A DNA stretch of 63,354 bases, counting the filler, from Globobulimina sp. (lineage: Eukaryota), in the NCBI GenBank assembly GCA_003354225.1. It is 9 parts of 9 records of this genome, joined end to end, with 100 filler letters (N's around TTAATTAATTAA, not from the genome) between each part and the next. Parts side by side here need not be neighbours in the genome. Positions count along the whole stretch, not along the records: positions 56,445 to 63,354 come from PIVH01000218.1; 8 more parts are not named here. One strand, given 5' to 3'. This document shows positions 61,001 through 63,354 of this stretch, one piece after another. Every line of letters starts with the position of its first letter. The stretch's first letter is position 1. Both the position numbers and the translations under genes were made by a program. Below the pieces are notes generated by a model. That model ran no database searches, was not told the origin of the DNA, and worked only from the letters and a program-made list of their open reading frames with translations.

Positions 61001-61050
61001 AAGATGACGAAATAATAATTGGTGATGATGAACGAGTAACTGTGCAATAA
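58006..61050 (+). CDS. Cys-rich repeat surface protein with Pro/Thr/Ser mucin-like stalk, one TM helix and cytoplasmic tail; multi-exon
   Basis: Spliced signal peptide MSTTTTIRVSIFLTVILYLSYTI|EIVHA; repeats C..A.I.CP....C.I.C; PT.SP stalk at 59880-60245; TM VVGCMVGLVLFVIICAIYY. Confidence 0.8.
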
Positions 61051-61363
61051 CTAATTTATATGTACATACAATTGACTCATACATAATACAACTGACTTAG
61101 TTTTTAATTTTTGTATTTATAATTATACGCGAAACGTTTTCGATTTTGTTTTCGATTTTGAAGTATTAATATTATATTGACAGAAATTAATGATACATTC
61201 GTTTTATATGTACAATAGTAACAAGACAAAGTGAAGGGACTGAAGGCTCGGAAGTTTTCGCTAAAAGTAAATCCTCTTAAAAAATTATTTCAAATTGGTA
61301 TTTGTATACCGCTATAAAAACAACAATTGTTTCGCATTCTATTCTTTATTCGAACTCGAACGA

Positions 61364-62908
61364 TCAAACAATGACATCCAACTCTCTTTTTTGTGCTTGT
61401 TGCATGTACCGGTTCTTGTTTCTTGTTCCACGCCTTTTTCTTGCAAATATTACTGACACAATAATACCGATCACAAAAATGATACATCCAATAATTATCA
61501 TTGATTCACATCCGTTACAAATTGTAGCTTCCTCCTTCAATAATTTTCTTCTTTCTGCTGCAGGAATAACTAAACATCCATGATAAGCTTCGACTGAGTC
61601 AACAGATAATACCTTACATTCTTCCTTCATATCGCAAGCATCCGCACGTTCATAAAACGGAGTAATTATAACCTCTCTCTGATGTTTGTGCACATCTTCT
61701 TGATATTGTGTTTGCTGTTTATTAAACTCTTTCATAACTTCATTGATATCGTTGTTTTTATTGACAATACTAAAAAAGTCGTTTAACTGTTCCAGTCCTG
61801 AAGTAACACCGTACGCAGCAAAGAAATGGTTACCAAACGCAGCATCGCCTACTAAAGCATAATCATTTACTTTCAAAGCATCTGTTTCTGTTGTTTTAGT
61901 TTCATGCAATCCATACAGTGGAGCATGGTGTAATTTTATTGCGAATTTCCATACCTTTACGTTATTAATCTGACCATCAAAATCATAACCATACTGTTCA
62001 GTGAATATATGTGAGATTAAACGTTGGAAATATGGAGGCAAAGCTGCTAAATCTGCCATGTCATCAGCGTTCACTTGAAAACCTGCAACATCAACATCTT
62101 GTAATATTGCCCATTCTTTGCGTGTTAGATGCAGCGCGACATAATGTGCATATTTTGCAACACTGTCTGTTTGTATTAAAGCAACGCGTAGTATTCTTTT
62201 ATCTGTATCTTTTAATGTTCGCTTGCGGTAATTTACAGGTTAAGGCCGTGGCTTTTCTTTCGTCGCGCCATTAATATTGAACAATATTCCCAGTGCATAT
62301 GCCTCATCATCGAATGAAAGCCTTTCTTTCTCTCTCTCTCTCTTTGACTGTTGATACATGATTTGGCGTCCAAATGTAGATCGTGCACCATCTGCAACTA
62401 AAAATAATATGTGTTCAGGAACTTGATTGTCGCGCACTTTCTGGGTAGTTATTTCATGCAATCTGCCAGTTCTAATCACTTTAATTCCTTCTTTTTCGCA
62501 TAGTGCAGTCAACACAGAAATTAGCTCACCGATTTTTATGTGCATTCTGTCAATATCTCTGACTGATATAATATGTTTATGTTGGTTTTGATGACGAAAT
62601 ACCAGCGGAGAGTATTCTTTTACCGCTAAATCAACAAAATCTTGGCCTAAAAATTTCACTGCTTCCCGCTTTAAAATCATTGGAAACTGTCTTGCTTCAT
62701 TCTTTCTTTTATCGTAAACATGGGTTGTGATTGTTTTTTTTAGCTTTGGATAAATCTTATTTGCTTTGTAAGCCGCTGCTAAACCAACTGGACCACCACC
62801 AACCACTACAATTTTATCCACATTTTTTAATTTTGCTGATTCTGGTATCGATGTTTTTGCTGATGATCTTTTTCCCAGTGAGCTCATTAAAGGTATAAGT
62901 GAGGCCAT
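61364..62908 (-). pseudogene. FAD-dependent monooxygenase with C-terminal TM anchor, interrupted by one in-frame TAA (62240-62242)
   Basis: IVVVGGGPVGLAAA, LVADGARS and LVGDAA all lie in one frame, which is otherwise open for 514 codons. Confidence 0.75.
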
Positions 62909-63354
62909 TGTGAGGTAAATGGTATAATTTAATAATATATATTAATAGCAGCGTAGATGTATATTAAATGAGCAGTATAAATGGATTATGAGCAGTGTAA
63001 ATGTATAATATATTATTCATAATCATTTTAAAATGTAATTTTTTTATTCAAAAATGCAGTTGCTTTTATCTTCCATCTTTCGATTGCTTCATTTTTTTTA
63101 GATCATGCTACAAACCATCCTTTATATTACCTGAGTTCTGAAATCAATATATCATTATATATGTGATGATGAACGAGAATAATTCGAGGGGAGCTATGCA
63201 GCCCCCATTCTGAACCCCCGCGAGATGTCCGAATTTTTTGAATAAACCATCATCGATAATAACAAGTCAAAGTACAGAAAAAAAACTTTTAACTTATTTG
63301 TATTCATCAGAAACAATCCTGTGAGCATCAGATTATATTTTGACTTATTTGTAT

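Noticed and set aside
62240-62242. Non-standard genetic code (TAA as sense)
   Set aside because: TAA, TAG and TGA all end conserved genes at expected positions (OPLAH TAA, AFG1 TAG, ceramidase TGA), and long exons lack internal stops.
658-62274. Numerous 60-180 aa ORFs overlapping or antisense to the called genes
   Set aside because: They are shadow frames of real CDSs with no motifs; ORFs containing X simply run into spacers.
63186-63225. GC-rich mini-hairpin GGGGAGCT-ATGC-AGCCCCC near the window end
   Set aside because: Too short and single-copy here to call a terminator, RNA gene or element end.
1-63354. Operon or gene-cluster logic across the window
   Set aside because: The nine contigs are unrelated; adjacency across spacers means nothing.

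Overview
This is not one locus. It is nine unrelated ~6.9-7.0 kb contigs (1-6995, 7096-14074, 14175-21152, 21253-28215, 28316-35259, 35360-42296, 42397-49325, 49426-56344, 56445-63354), sorted by decreasing length and joined by artificial 100-nt spacers (N44-TTAATTAATTAA-N44). The DNA is AT-rich, gene-dense and eukaryotic, with the standard code and short (about 55-180 nt) spliceosomal introns. The mix of RCC1, Kelch, SPRY-like, 7TM, Cys-rich surface and ART-like genes suggests a foraminiferan/rhizarian protist (inference only). Recognisable genes: 5-oxoprolinase, a sulfatase, a Dim1/KsgA methyltransferase, a zinc-finger-Nudix protein, an SLC12 transporter, a class-3 lipase, DUF4419, DUF4246, AFG1/ZapE ATPase, an N4BP2-like kinase, an RPEL protein, a FUT8-like fucosyltransferase, an EF-hand protein, a fidgetin-like AAA ATPase, alkaline ceramidase and an FAD monooxygenase. 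The most interesting object is an ~5 kb hAT DNA transposon on contig 6. It has an intact three-exon transposase, a divergent passenger gene with a second BED finger plus a SPRY-like domain, and two inverted arrays of ~52-bp palindromic units whose variant order is not a simple mirror image. Also notable: an SLC12-lipase chimera with a degraded junction, a ~90-bp hairpin MITE-like repeat on two contigs, an ADP-ribosyltransferase-like protein, several single frame lesions, and very tight head-to-head gene pairs. All gene models and family calls come from reading motifs by eye; no searches were run.
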